DNA of 64,000 bases, taken from the NCBI GenBank assembly GCA_947478395.1, contig CANJVR010000002.1:480001-544000 (forward strand), given 5' to 3'. The notes beneath the pieces are model-generated. The model was given only the letters and a program-made list of their open reading frames with translations. It did no database searches and had not been told where the DNA came from. This stretch comes from Opitutia bacterium (GTDB lineage Bacteria > Verrucomicrobiota > Verrucomicrobiia > Opitutales > Opitutaceae). The position numbers were made by a program, and so were the translations under genes. Within the stretch, counting starts at the first letter, position 1. Every line of letters begins with the position of its first letter. This document shows, one piece after another, positions 8,944-20,373 of this stretch.

Positions 8944-11561
8944 TTGACCGCAGGCACGGTGATAGGATCAGGCACGGGTGTCGGCGCCGCAGGCACTGCA
9001 GTGGAGACGACTTCTCTCAGCAGATTCAAGGCCGCACGATTGCGGGGCGCCTCTTCCAGCGCGTATAATACTTCCTGACGTGCCGCGGGGTCGCCCGTGC
9101 GCCGGAGCAATTGCGCCAGTTGGAAATGAACTTCACCGGGATTCGCCGGATCAAGGAGCAATAGGGTCCGGTTCGCCGCGATCGCCGCGGGCGAGTCGTT
9201 CAACTCCGTCGACGCTTGGGCTAGGTAGCGCCATGGGGTCGAAATCAGCGGATTGATTTCCAGGAAGCGGTGCGCATTCAGCGCCACCGTCGGCCAGTCC
9301 TTGGCGTCGGCCGCTACTTCCATCAACCGGAGATTGATGTCCGCCGCTTCGTAATCCAGCGCCGAGATTTTGATGAGTGTCGCCCGTTCGGCGTCGATCT
9401 CCTCCAGCTCACGGTGAATCCCGGCCATGAGCCGCAGCGCGCTGTCCGCCCCGCGTTGTTCCGGGTAAAGCATCAGCAACCGGCCCAGCGGCACCTGGGC
9501 CTCCCGCCACTTTTTCTCGTCCATCAACGTCCGGGCCTGATGGCGCAGTGTCCAGTTACTGTCGGCGTGCTGCGCCTCCCACTCTTTCAGCGCGCCCTCG
9601 GCGCCAGCCTGCAGCAACTCCTTCCCGGGTTTAGTCCAGTCGAGCCCCGACGAAATGCCCTCCGCCTGCTTCCGCGCGTACGCGACGAATTCTTTCTCAA
9701 TCGTCGCGATCGGAGCGATCTGTTGGCTCAAAGCCCGGTTGATATCGTCGCCGCCCCGCAAATCGCGCAGCACCCCCTTGAGTTTATCCGCGCCGTACTT
9801 CGACACGATGTACTCGACGACCAGTGACGCCTGATAATAGGCGAACTGCAGATGCTCCGGCGTCGGCGGCGCGAGAAACGCAGCGCTCATATTGCCCACC
9901 GGCGTGAGGCCGTCCTTACCCTCCTTGAAAATCGTTTCGCGATAAGCCGGCGTCATGTGTTGGCCCCAGGACGGATTCGCCTGCCGCTCCTCGTACACGG
10001 AAATGCCCTCGCTCAACCAGCGCGGCATTTTGTTCGCCGTGAGTTGCAGCGTGATCACGTGACAAAACTCATGCCACAGGACCGACTGCCAATTGCTCGA
10101 ATGCGCGGCCGTCGACGCCGGACTATTGGCGGTGACCACCCGCCCAAAACATACGCCCAAAAATCCAGGAATGTCCGGCATGCCAAACGTACGCACCGCA
10201 AAATCCTTCGGGTCCGCAAAAATTTCCACGTAGGTCGGCTTCGCGATGTCCGCGCCGTATTTTTCCGACAGCTGGCGCTTCGCCCGACCCAGCAATTCCA
10301 GGACCTGAGCGCCGTAAACATCCGCCTCGTGCGTCGTCATGCGGAGCACGAAGTCGTCGTTGGTCAGCGTCCGATATTTCAACATCGTATCGTGCAGCGT
10401 GGCCAGGTTGAACGCCTCCACATCGTAGGCATCTTCGTCGTGCACCGCTTGCGCCAGTTTCCAGCCCTCCGCCTCTTCGCCGAGACGCAAAAGATCGTTC
10501 GCGAGCTCAGCTTTCGCCGGCAGATAATCGGCGTCGAACGTCAGCGCCTGGCGCTGGTGCGATGCGCCTTCCGCGAACCGATATTTCGCGGCCAGCTTTT
10601 GGCCGATCAACCAGTCGACCCGCGGATTGGCCGCCCAGCTGAGCAACGCCGTCGAGCGGGACGCCTTCTCTGTCTCCGGGTCGTTACGAAGATGAGCGAG
10701 CACGGAACGCAGCGCCCAAGCATCGGGTTGCGTGGAATTGATGGCGACGACGCTATCGAGCAGTTTCGCCGCTTCCTCGTAATTTTCCTCGTCGATTCGG
10801 TGGTCGGCAAACATCAACAGCGACGGAATGTGCCGCGGGTTGGTCTTCAATGCCGTCTCCATCGCATCGAGCATCACCTTGCGGTCGCCCTCAGCGTGCG
10901 CGCGCGCCAGACCGTAATTCAGATCCGGGTCGTCCGGCTGCCCCTTGAGCCCGTCTTGAAACACGGTGGCCGCGAGCGCGTAGTCATGTTTTTCCAGCGC
11001 CAAATCGCCGCGCGCGAGATAAACATCGCGCAACGTCGGAGCGGTTTTTTGGGCCACGGCAAAGACCTTGTCTAAAACATCCTTGGGATCGGCGCCCTTA
11101 ATCAGAGCGACCCGCCCGAAAACCACCAAGTCGGGCGGACTCCGGTAGGCCCAGTAGCGCTCACTATAAAGTTGGAAAATGGATTCGACGATTTTCGTCG
11201 CCTGTTCGGGCCGCCCGCTCGCGAGTGAAATTTCCCGGCCCAACCACCGGAGACGGATGCTGGTCGACTGCCGGCTCAAGGCTTTTGCCACCGCGTCCTC
11301 TGCGTCCGCGAGCCGGCCAACCGTCAGCAGGGACTTCCCCAACACCAGCGACCACTCTTCATTGGGCGCGCCATCGTCGAGCGCAGTCTGCGCCAGTTTG
11401 ATGGCCCCGGCATAATCGCCCGTCAGCAACAGCTTCTGTCCCTCAGCGGGCTCGGCCGCGGCCAACGTGCCCGAGCAGACACCGACGAAAAAAACGAGAA
11501 AGAGACTGAAACGGCTCAGGGGCCGGGACTGGCGCGGAAGTGGAGTCGAGCTCACCGTCAT
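8940..11561 (-). CDS. Exported TPR-repeat protein with clan-MA (HEXXH) metallopeptidase-like domain
   Basis: Signal peptide after MTVSS..., multiple TPR-like helices, VLWHEFCHVITLQ followed by PRWLSEG. Start chosen at ATG 11561. Confidence 0.82.
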   Translation of the reverse strand: MTVSSTPLPRQSRPLSRFSLFLVFFVGVCSGTLAAAEPAEGQKLLLTGDYAGAIKLAQTALDDGAPNEEWSLVLGKSLLTVGRLADAEDAVAKALSRQSTSIRLRWLGREISLASGRPEQATKIVESIFQLYSERYWAYRSPPDLVVFGRVALIKGADPKDVLDKVFAVAQKTAPTLRDVYLARGDLALEKHDYALAATVFQDGLKGQPDDPDLNYGLARAHAEGDRKVMLDAMETALKTNPRHIPSLLMFADHRIDEENYEEAAKLLDSVVAINSTQPDAWALRSVLAHLRNDPETEKASRSTALLSWAANPRVDWLIGQKLAAKYRFAEGASHQRQALTFDADYLPAKAELANDLLRLGEEAEGWKLAQAVHDEDAYDVEAFNLATLHDTMLKYRTLTNDDFVLRMTTHEADVYGAQVLELLGRAKRQLSEKYGADIAKPTYVEIFADPKDFAVRTFGMPDIPGFLGVCFGRVVTANSPASTAAHSSNWQSVLWHEFCHVITLQLTANKMPRWLSEGISVYEERQANPSWGQHMTPAYRETIFKEGKDGLTPVGNMSAAFLAPPTPEHLQFAYYQASLVVEYIVSKYGADKLKGVLRDLRGGDDINRALSQQIAPIATIEKEFVAYARKQAEGISSGLDWTKPGKELLQAGAEGALKEWEAQHADSNWTLRHQARTLMDEKKWREAQVPLGRLLMLYPEQRGADSALRLMAGIHRELEEIDAERATLIKISALDYEAADINLRLMEVAADAKDWPTVALNAHRFLEINPLISTPWRYLAQASTELNDSPAAIAANRTLLLLDPANPGEVHFQLAQLLRRTGDPAARQEVLYALEEAPRNRAALNLLREVVSTAVPAAPTPVPDPITVPAVK

Positions 11562-11999
11562 GCGTTGCGAGGGGGTCTGGAAGAGGCTGATAACCGAAAG
11601 CCAAGTCACAAGGATCAAAGACGAGGCTGACGTCAAAGGGTTGTGGTAGATTCCTGCGCGAAAGCACCTCGCGTTCCGCGCCAGCCCCACGCCTTTCGCG
11701 CGCCGTCTGCACCGAGCGTGATTTCGTTGTTCGCTCCTCCTTGACCGACGCATCCCCCGGGGTTTTCGCGCTGAAAAATTCGAACTGACCGCCGTTTTTG
11801 CGGCCGTCGCGCTAAAGTTCTGCGCTCACCACGGGCGGGATTCTTACTCGCGCTGACTGGCTTAGACGTCGGGTCACCGTGTCGGGCGCTGCCCGGCATG
11901 CGGCTTTGCGGGAATTCTGAGCACCAGATCAAGCCTGAAGAATTTCGCCGTCCACGGGTTGCCGAGGAAACTTTACCGCCCGAACGACGGCGCCACTCT

Positions 12000-12440
12000 T
12001 TACGCTCCCGCCAGTGTGCTGCCCGCGCGCACGACCAGAATCGGAATCGCCGTGTTGTGCCGGACTTTGTCGATCGTGCTGCCGAGGAAAAAATCGCCGA
12101 TGAACTTATGCCCGTGCGACGTCATGGCGATCAGATCGCAGTTCTGCGCCGCGGCGGTCTTGAGTATTTCGGTTGGTGGATCACCCAACGCGAGCACGGT
12201 GCTCACCTTCAGCGCGCTGGCGCGCAATCGAACCGCCAATTCCTCCAGATAGAGGCGGTCGGCCTTGATCTCATCCGACTCGGCAAGCTTGAGGCTTTCG
12301 AAATGGCGCGCCGCGAAGCCGTCCGCCACGTGCACCAACAATAGCTCCGCGCCAAAACGGCGGCCAAACTCTGCGATGTGGGGCACGAGCGTGTCGTCCG
12401 CACGACTGTTTTCGAGCGCAACGAGAATTTTTTTATACAT
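12000..12440 (-). CDS. Universal stress protein (USP)
   Basis: MYKKILVALE...LLVHV...DLIAMTSHGH...FLGSTIDKVRHNTAIPILVVR. Confidence 0.9.
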   Translation of the reverse strand: MYKKILVALENSRADDTLVPHIAEFGRRFGAELLLVHVADGFAARHFESLKLAESDEIKADRLYLEELAVRLRASALKVSTVLALGDPPTEILKTAAAQNCDLIAMTSHGHKFIGDFFLGSTIDKVRHNTAIPILVVRAGSTLAGA

Positions 12441-12526
12441 GGCGGGGAAAAGGGGTGTAGGTTGAGTGCGGCGCGGCTTCGCACTGGGAGCGGGACCGCG
12501 AGATCGTCCGGCCGGATAGTTTGAAA

Positions 12527-13918
12527 TCAGGAGGGGGTTAAACCGACGAATGCGTAAAGCCGCTGCGTCCAGGCTTCGGGCAGCAGCGCGTCGCTGAGGA
12601 GCTTCACGTTGAGCACGATGATCACGAGCGTGATGGTCCAGCCGAGGAGCTTGATCCACCACGAATTCACGAATTCGCCCATTTTTGCCCGGTCGCTGGT
12701 GAAGCGCATCAGCGGCCAGCACGCGAAGCCCAGCTGCATGCTCAGGCACACCTGACTGCCCACCAAAAGCTCGGTGCTCCGGCTCTCGCCGTAGATACCG
12801 ATGACGAGCACGGCCGGGACGATCGCGATCGCCCGCGTGATCAGTCGGCGCAGCCAAGGCCGTAGCCTGACGTTCAGAAACCCTTCCATCACGATCTGCC
12901 CGGCCAGCGTACCGGTGAGCGTGGAATTCTGACCGGACGCGAGCAGCGCCAGCGCAAACAGCGTGCTCGCGAAGGTCACGCCGAGCACGCCGTCGAGCAG
13001 GTGAAATGCCTCCTGAATTTCACCGACCTGCTGGTGTCCGCTACCGTGGAATGCGGCCGCCGCCAGAATCAAAATCGCAGCGTTGATAAAGAGCGCGAAC
13101 ATCAGCGCGAACGTGGAATCAATCGTGCCGAACTTGATTGCCTCGGCCTTGCCCGCGGAATTTTGGGTAAACTTCCGCGTTTGGATAATCGAGGAATGGA
13201 GATAGAGATTATGCGGCATCACGGTCGCGCCCAAGATGCCGATCGCGACGTAGAGCATTTCGGAATTCTTCAGCACCTCGAGTCGCGGCAGAAATCCCTG
13301 CATCACGCCGCCGAGATCCGGCTTCGCCACCCACAACTCCACGGCAAAACATCCGCCGATCGTGAGGATCAGCGTGACGACGAGTGCCTCAATATGACGA
13401 AACCCGTGATGTTGGAGCAGCAGCACAATCATCACATCGCCCGCCGTGATCACGCAGCCCCACACGAGCGGAATGCCAAACAGCAGCTGCAAGCCGATCG
13501 CCGAGCCCACCACCTCCGCGAGATCGCACGCCGCGATCGCCAGCTCGCACAGAATCCACAGAAACCAAACCGTCGGCCGCGAGTAATGGTCGCGACACGC
13601 CTGCGCGAGATCGCGCCCCGTCGCGACGCCGAGCTTCAAACACAAATGTTGAAGCAAGATCGCCATCAGATTCGAAATCATGATGACCGAAAGCAGCGAG
13701 TACCCGAACTTCGCCCCGCCTGCCAGGTCCGTCGCCCAGTTGCCCGGATCCATGTAGCCGACCGCCACCAGAAATCCCGGACCCGAAAACGCGAGGACCT
13801 TGCGCCAGAATGAAGCGCCCGCCGGCACCGCAATTGTACCGTGTACCTCCGGTAAACTCTGCCCGGCACTCACCTGCCGCCAGCCAGGCTCGGGGGTTGG
13901 AGTCGGTATGTTATTCAT
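12527..13918 (-). CDS. mntH: Nramp-family divalent metal (Mn2+) transporter
   Basis: VGYMDPGNWATD, GATVMPHNLYLHS, SGQNSTLTGTLAGQIVMEGF. Confidence 0.96.
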   Translation of the reverse strand: MNNIPTPTPEPGWRQVSAGQSLPEVHGTIAVPAGASFWRKVLAFSGPGFLVAVGYMDPGNWATDLAGGAKFGYSLLSVIMISNLMAILLQHLCLKLGVATGRDLAQACRDHYSRPTVWFLWILCELAIAACDLAEVVGSAIGLQLLFGIPLVWGCVITAGDVMIVLLLQHHGFRHIEALVVTLILTIGGCFAVELWVAKPDLGGVMQGFLPRLEVLKNSEMLYVAIGILGATVMPHNLYLHSSIIQTRKFTQNSAGKAEAIKFGTIDSTFALMFALFINAAILILAAAAFHGSGHQQVGEIQEAFHLLDGVLGVTFASTLFALALLASGQNSTLTGTLAGQIVMEGFLNVRLRPWLRRLITRAIAIVPAVLVIGIYGESRSTELLVGSQVCLSMQLGFACWPLMRFTSDRAKMGEFVNSWWIKLLGWTITLVIIVLNVKLLSDALLPEAWTQRLYAFVGLTPS

Positions 13919-14002
13919 AAAGTCAGCCTCCGAGCCCTACGCCGCCAAATGCATCCTGACGCGGTGAACGAATGACATCGGCCGAATCTTTTCGCTGCGC
14001 TA

Positions 14003-14018
14003 TTTTGATTCGTCAAAG
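14003..14018. promoter_or_regulatory. Candidate MntR/DtxR-type operator
   Basis: Perfect palindrome TTTGA-ttcg-TCAAA (14004-14017) in an AT-rich patch between divergent mntH and mntR. Confidence 0.6.
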
Positions 14019-14064
14019 TAAAAGTTTATTTGCCTCAAAGAAAGCGGCGGCTCTCATTCGCCCG

Positions 14065-14730
14065 ATGGCCACGATCACGGTCGAAAATTATTTGAAGCAA
14101 ATACTCCTGCTCTCCGTCGCTGACGGCGCGCTGGTTTCGATGGGCGCGCTCGCCACGTCGCTCGCCGTCGTACCCGGGACCGTCACCACCATGGTCAAGG
14201 CGCTCGCCGCCGAAGGTCTGGTCGAACACCAGCCGCGCCACGGCGTGCGCCTCACCGCCACCGGCCGCCGCCTCGCCTTGAGCGTGCTACGCAAACACCG
14301 GCTGGTGGAGACGTTTCTCGTCCACGTCCTCAAGATGGACTGGTCCGCCGTCCACGCCGAAGCCGAGCAACTCGAGCACGCGATTTCCGACACCGTGCTC
14401 GACCGCCTCGATGCGCTGCTCGGGCATCCCGCGGTCGATCCGCATGGCGATCCGATTCCGAGCCGGCAGGGCAAACTCAACTCGCAGGTGTACGCGACGC
14501 TCGCCACCTGCGCGCTTGCGAAATCGCTGCGGATCGTGCGCATCACCGAGCAGTCGGCCGAGTTCCTCCAATTCGCTGAACAAAACGGCCTGCGTCCCGG
14601 CGCCACCGTGCGCGTCGCCGAGCGCAATCTGGCCGCGGGCCTCGTCGCGTTGAAAACAAACGGCGCCCGCCCTCTCGCCCTCAGTTTCGCCGCGGCCGGT
14701 AAAATTCTGGTCGAGCCCGCGCGTCGCTAA
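14065..14730 (+). CDS. mntR: DtxR/MntR family metal-dependent repressor with FeoA-like C-terminal domain
   Basis: TVENYLKQI, RKHRLVETFL, EAEQLEH, PAVDPHGDPIP. Confidence 0.9.
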   Translation: MATITVENYLKQILLLSVADGALVSMGALATSLAVVPGTVTTMVKALAAEGLVEHQPRHGVRLTATGRRLALSVLRKHRLVETFLVHVLKMDWSAVHAEAEQLEHAISDTVLDRLDALLGHPAVDPHGDPIPSRQGKLNSQVYATLATCALAKSLRIVRITEQSAEFLQFAEQNGLRPGATVRVAERNLAAGLVALKTNGARPLALSFAAAGKILVEPARR

Positions 14731-15066
14731 TCTGTGGCGCCGAGATAACGGCCTCCCCAAAAGGGAACGCTGATTGAATTTTACCCCCGCTGAAAATATT
14801 TGACCAGCGGCTGCGACTGATCGTCCGCGCGTTGAGACCGCGGTATCCGAGAATCGCGGACGATCTTCCCCTCCCCCGAGAAAATCGGCCGCAATCACCC
14901 GCCGCATTCGCCGGGCTTAAAGGCGATTAGCCGCCGCGGTGGTGGTGGGTTCGCCCATTGGCGAATTCCATCGGCGGTGCAGTGTCCCGCGGGCCGTGCG
15001 AAGGACAGCCTTTAAGTCTCGCCAAACTTCGCACCCGTCTCGGGTCCGTGACGCAATTGCCTTTGA

Positions 15067-17370
<2,304 letters not shown>

Positions 17371-17444
17371 TGACGTAAGAACGGCGCGTGGCGGCGCCCG
17401 CCGCCTTCACCCAACTAGCCTCCTTCCGAACTGCTTTATCTTTT

Positions 17445-18962
17445 ATGAAAATCCCCTATTCTGCTCTCGCGGTTTCACTCATCTTTTTCGCTAGCGCCGC
17501 GATCTCGCAGGCGCAGGCCGGCAAACGGTGGGTCGTCACGGATCATGGAGCCGTCGCGGACGGCACGACGGTCAACACCCCGGCGCTCCAAGCGGCGATC
17601 GATGCCTGCGCGAAAGCGGGCGGCGGCACGCTCGTGATACCGAAAGGCACGTTTCTGAGCGGTGCGCTGTACTTCAAGCAGGGCGTCAACCTCCTGGTCG
17701 AAAAGGATGCCGTGCTGAAAAGCACGACGAAGATCGAAGACTTCCGGCCGATCTACACGCGCTGGGAAGGCATCGAGCGCTATTGGACCTCGGCGTTTCT
17801 CAACTTTGTCGGAATGAAAAATGTCTCTGTCTCCGGCGAGGGCACGGTCGACGGCTCTGGCGATGCGTGGGCCAACTTTGGTCAGAACGCCCGCAACGTT
17901 CGCCCTCCCGGCGGTCCCGCTCAACCGGCCCAAGCTTCAGCCGCAGCCACCGGCGGCGCCGCCGCGGCAACGCCCGAACCAGCGGCCCGGGGAAATAGGG
18001 GGGGGCCCGGCGCCCAGGCGACGAACGCCGCACCCGCGGAGCCGTTACCGAAACCGGCCGACGTTTATCCGTCGCCGCTTCCCACGACGGCGACGATCAA
18101 TCTCGCGGCCGACCGCACCAAGACGCCGATCATCAACGCCGCCGGCGTGGCGCTCGGGCGCGGGGCGGGTGGCGGCATCAATACGCCTCCGCGCGCGATC
18201 GTGTTTCAAAATTGCTCCGATGTGCGCATCTCCGGCCTCACGCTGAAAAATCAAGCACGCTGGGGTTACGTTTTCATTTATTGCGACCATGTCGTGGCCG
18301 CCAACCTAACCGCCAAGGCAGAGCATTATATCCCCAGCTCTGACGGGATGGACATCGATTCGTGCAAAAATGTTTTGGTCACCGGCTGTTACTTCGACTG
18401 CAACGACGACTGTATTTCACTCAAGTCGGGCAAAGACGAAGACGGCCGCCGCGTTGGACGGCCGTGCGAAGATATCATCATCGAAAAAACGACCTTCGCT
18501 TACGGCCACGGTGGCGCGGCGATGGGCAGCGAAACCTCCGGGGGGATTCGCAACGTCGAAGTGCGCGACTGCATCGCGGAGGCGAACAACTGGGCTCCGA
18601 TTCGTTTCAAAACGCAGCCCAGTCGCGGTGGAGTGGTGGAAAATATCACTTACCGGAATATCGAGCTGCGCGATGTGCGCCAGGCGGTGGAGTTCAATCT
18701 CGAGTGGAACATGCGGATCAATATCGCGGGCGATGTCCGCGTGCCTCCGACGGTTCGCAACGTAAAATTGATCAATCTCCACGGCACCTCGACTTCGGTC
18801 GGCGCGATGCACGGTCTCTCCGATAGTTTCATCGACGGGATCACGTTCGAAAATTGCAACATCACCGCCGAACGCGGGCTCACCATTGAAAACGCCCGCA
18901 ACGTCGATACGTCGGGGCTGAAGATCACCGTAAAGGAAGGCGAACCGATTATCCGTCGGTGA
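17445..18962 (+). CDS. GH28 polygalacturonase-like glycoside hydrolase, secreted
   Basis: Signal peptide, SDGMDID, NDDCISLKSG, GHG, MGSE, IRFK motifs; large low-complexity insert. Confidence 0.9.
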   Translation: MKIPYSALAVSLIFFASAAISQAQAGKRWVVTDHGAVADGTTVNTPALQAAIDACAKAGGGTLVIPKGTFLSGALYFKQGVNLLVEKDAVLKSTTKIEDFRPIYTRWEGIERYWTSAFLNFVGMKNVSVSGEGTVDGSGDAWANFGQNARNVRPPGGPAQPAQASAAATGGAAAATPEPAARGNRGGPGAQATNAAPAEPLPKPADVYPSPLPTTATINLAADRTKTPIINAAGVALGRGAGGGINTPPRAIVFQNCSDVRISGLTLKNQARWGYVFIYCDHVVAANLTAKAEHYIPSSDGMDIDSCKNVLVTGCYFDCNDDCISLKSGKDEDGRRVGRPCEDIIIEKTTFAYGHGGAAMGSETSGGIRNVEVRDCIAEANNWAPIRFKTQPSRGGVVENITYRNIELRDVRQAVEFNLEWNMRINIAGDVRVPPTVRNVKLINLHGTSTSVGAMHGLSDSFIDGITFENCNITAERGLTIENARNVDTSGLKITVKEGEPIIRR

Positions 18963-19298
18963 TCAGGCCGCAAACAAAAGGGACAGCCCGGGCTTGCTGG
19001 GATTCCTCAGACCGAGGTTCGGTCGGTTTTTAGTTTGGTTTGGACTCGAGCGTAGTGAAGGCCCCGGAGGGGGTTAGGTTGCGTCGATCGGTGCGCTGCA
19101 ATCGAGCGTCAGTCATTGCGCGCAGCGGGCTCGCGTCTAGTCGCGACCATCGAAATTCCGGTCGGGATAATCGCCCCGCGACGCGGAGTTAACGTCCGGT
19201 CCACGGTGAGAGCAAAAATTGGTTTTATTCGCACTGGAGAAAGGGCACAACTCACCGCGTTAGTCCTCGTTCGAAATCCCCATACCCTCCCCGATCCC

Positions 19299-20315
19299 AT
19301 GAATACTATGCGTCTTATTCCTTCCTCGCGCTCGCTTGCCCGGGTGCTTTGCAACGTGGCCCTTGCCGGGGCCGTCGCCCTTTCCGCCATCGCCCAGCCA
19401 ACGCCGGCGATGCAGCCCGGCCAGCCTCCCGGCGGTCCAGGTGGCGGTGGTGCGCGCGGCGTCGGGCGCGGTCCGGTCGCGCCGATTGTGGTCGGGCCGG
19501 CCGCAACCGTGCCGGCCGCGGTGGCGATTCCCCGTCCCACGGACGCCGAGATCGCGCAGGCTAACCGCGCGTTGAGCAAATTCCTCTCCTCCGACAGTAC
19601 GGCCGAGGCGCTCGTGGCAAAATATCCCGGTCTCATCGCCGTGCAGGCGCCACGCGCCAACTTTGCTGCGACCTACACGCAGACCCAGCAGCGCATGGGC
19701 GCCCGCCACGAAGGCTTTGTCGAGCGCGCTAAGCAGGGGAACATCGACCTGCTGTTCAACGGCGACTCGATCACCGATTTCTGGGGCACGACCGGCAAGG
19801 CGGTTTTCGACAAAAATTTTGGCGCGATGAAAGTCGCCAACTTCGCTATCTCCGGCGACCGGACGGAAGGCCTGCTGTGGGGCCTCAAAAACGGCGAGGG
19901 CCAGGGCTTCTCACCCAAGACCATCATGTTGATGATCGGCACCAACAATACCGGCACCGGCAATAGTCCCGCGCTGCAGGCCGCCAGTGGGCCTGAGATC
20001 GCCGAAGGCGTCGGCGCCGTCGTCATGGAGATGCGCAAGGATTTCCCGAACGCCAAAATCCTGCTGCTCGCGATTTTTCCGCGCGGCGCTGATCCCACCG
20101 ACGCCAACCGCCAGAAGAACGAAGCGGCGAACAAGCTCATCGCCAAGCTCCACGACGGCCAGCACGTGTTCTTTATGGACATCGGACCGAAATTCCTCGG
20201 CGCCGGCGGCACTCTCGCCCGTGAAATCATGCCCGACCTACTGCACCCGTCGGAGAAGGGCTACGAGATCTGGGCCGCTGCCGTAAAAGACAAACTGGCC
20301 GAGCTCATGAAGTGA
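19299..20315 (+). CDS. SGNH/GDSL hydrolase (PAF-acetylhydrolase-like), secreted
   Basis: GDSITD, NFAISGD, MIGTNN, DLLHPS blocks; signal peptide followed by a Pro/Gly-rich linker. Confidence 0.9.
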   Translation: MNTMRLIPSSRSLARVLCNVALAGAVALSAIAQPTPAMQPGQPPGGPGGGGARGVGRGPVAPIVVGPAATVPAAVAIPRPTDAEIAQANRALSKFLSSDSTAEALVAKYPGLIAVQAPRANFAATYTQTQQRMGARHEGFVERAKQGNIDLLFNGDSITDFWGTTGKAVFDKNFGAMKVANFAISGDRTEGLLWGLKNGEGQGFSPKTIMLMIGTNNTGTGNSPALQAASGPEIAEGVGAVVMEMRKDFPNAKILLLAIFPRGADPTDANRQKNEAANKLIAKLHDGQHVFFMDIGPKFLGAGGTLAREIMPDLLHPSEKGYEIWAAAVKDKLAELMK

Positions 20316-20329
20316 CCTCAGCGGCGCAC

Positions 20330-20373
20330 CCGGGCGGGCATTGGCGCAGGGCCAAAGCCCGCCCGATTTTTTA
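20330..20373 (+). terminator. Probable intrinsic terminator between convergent genes
   Basis: cgggcgggc...gcccgcccg stem with inner ttggc/gccaa, followed by atttttt. Confidence 0.55.

Noticed and set aside
13919..14064. yybP-ykoY Mn riboswitch upstream of mntH
   Set aside because: No GGGGAGUAG-type core was found; a protein operator is more plausible.
14916..14985. Minus-strand 'gatggaattcgcc...gctaat' resembling a fluoride riboswitch
   Set aside because: The pseudoknot partner is missing, and the orientation points antisense into mntR with no fluoride-related gene.
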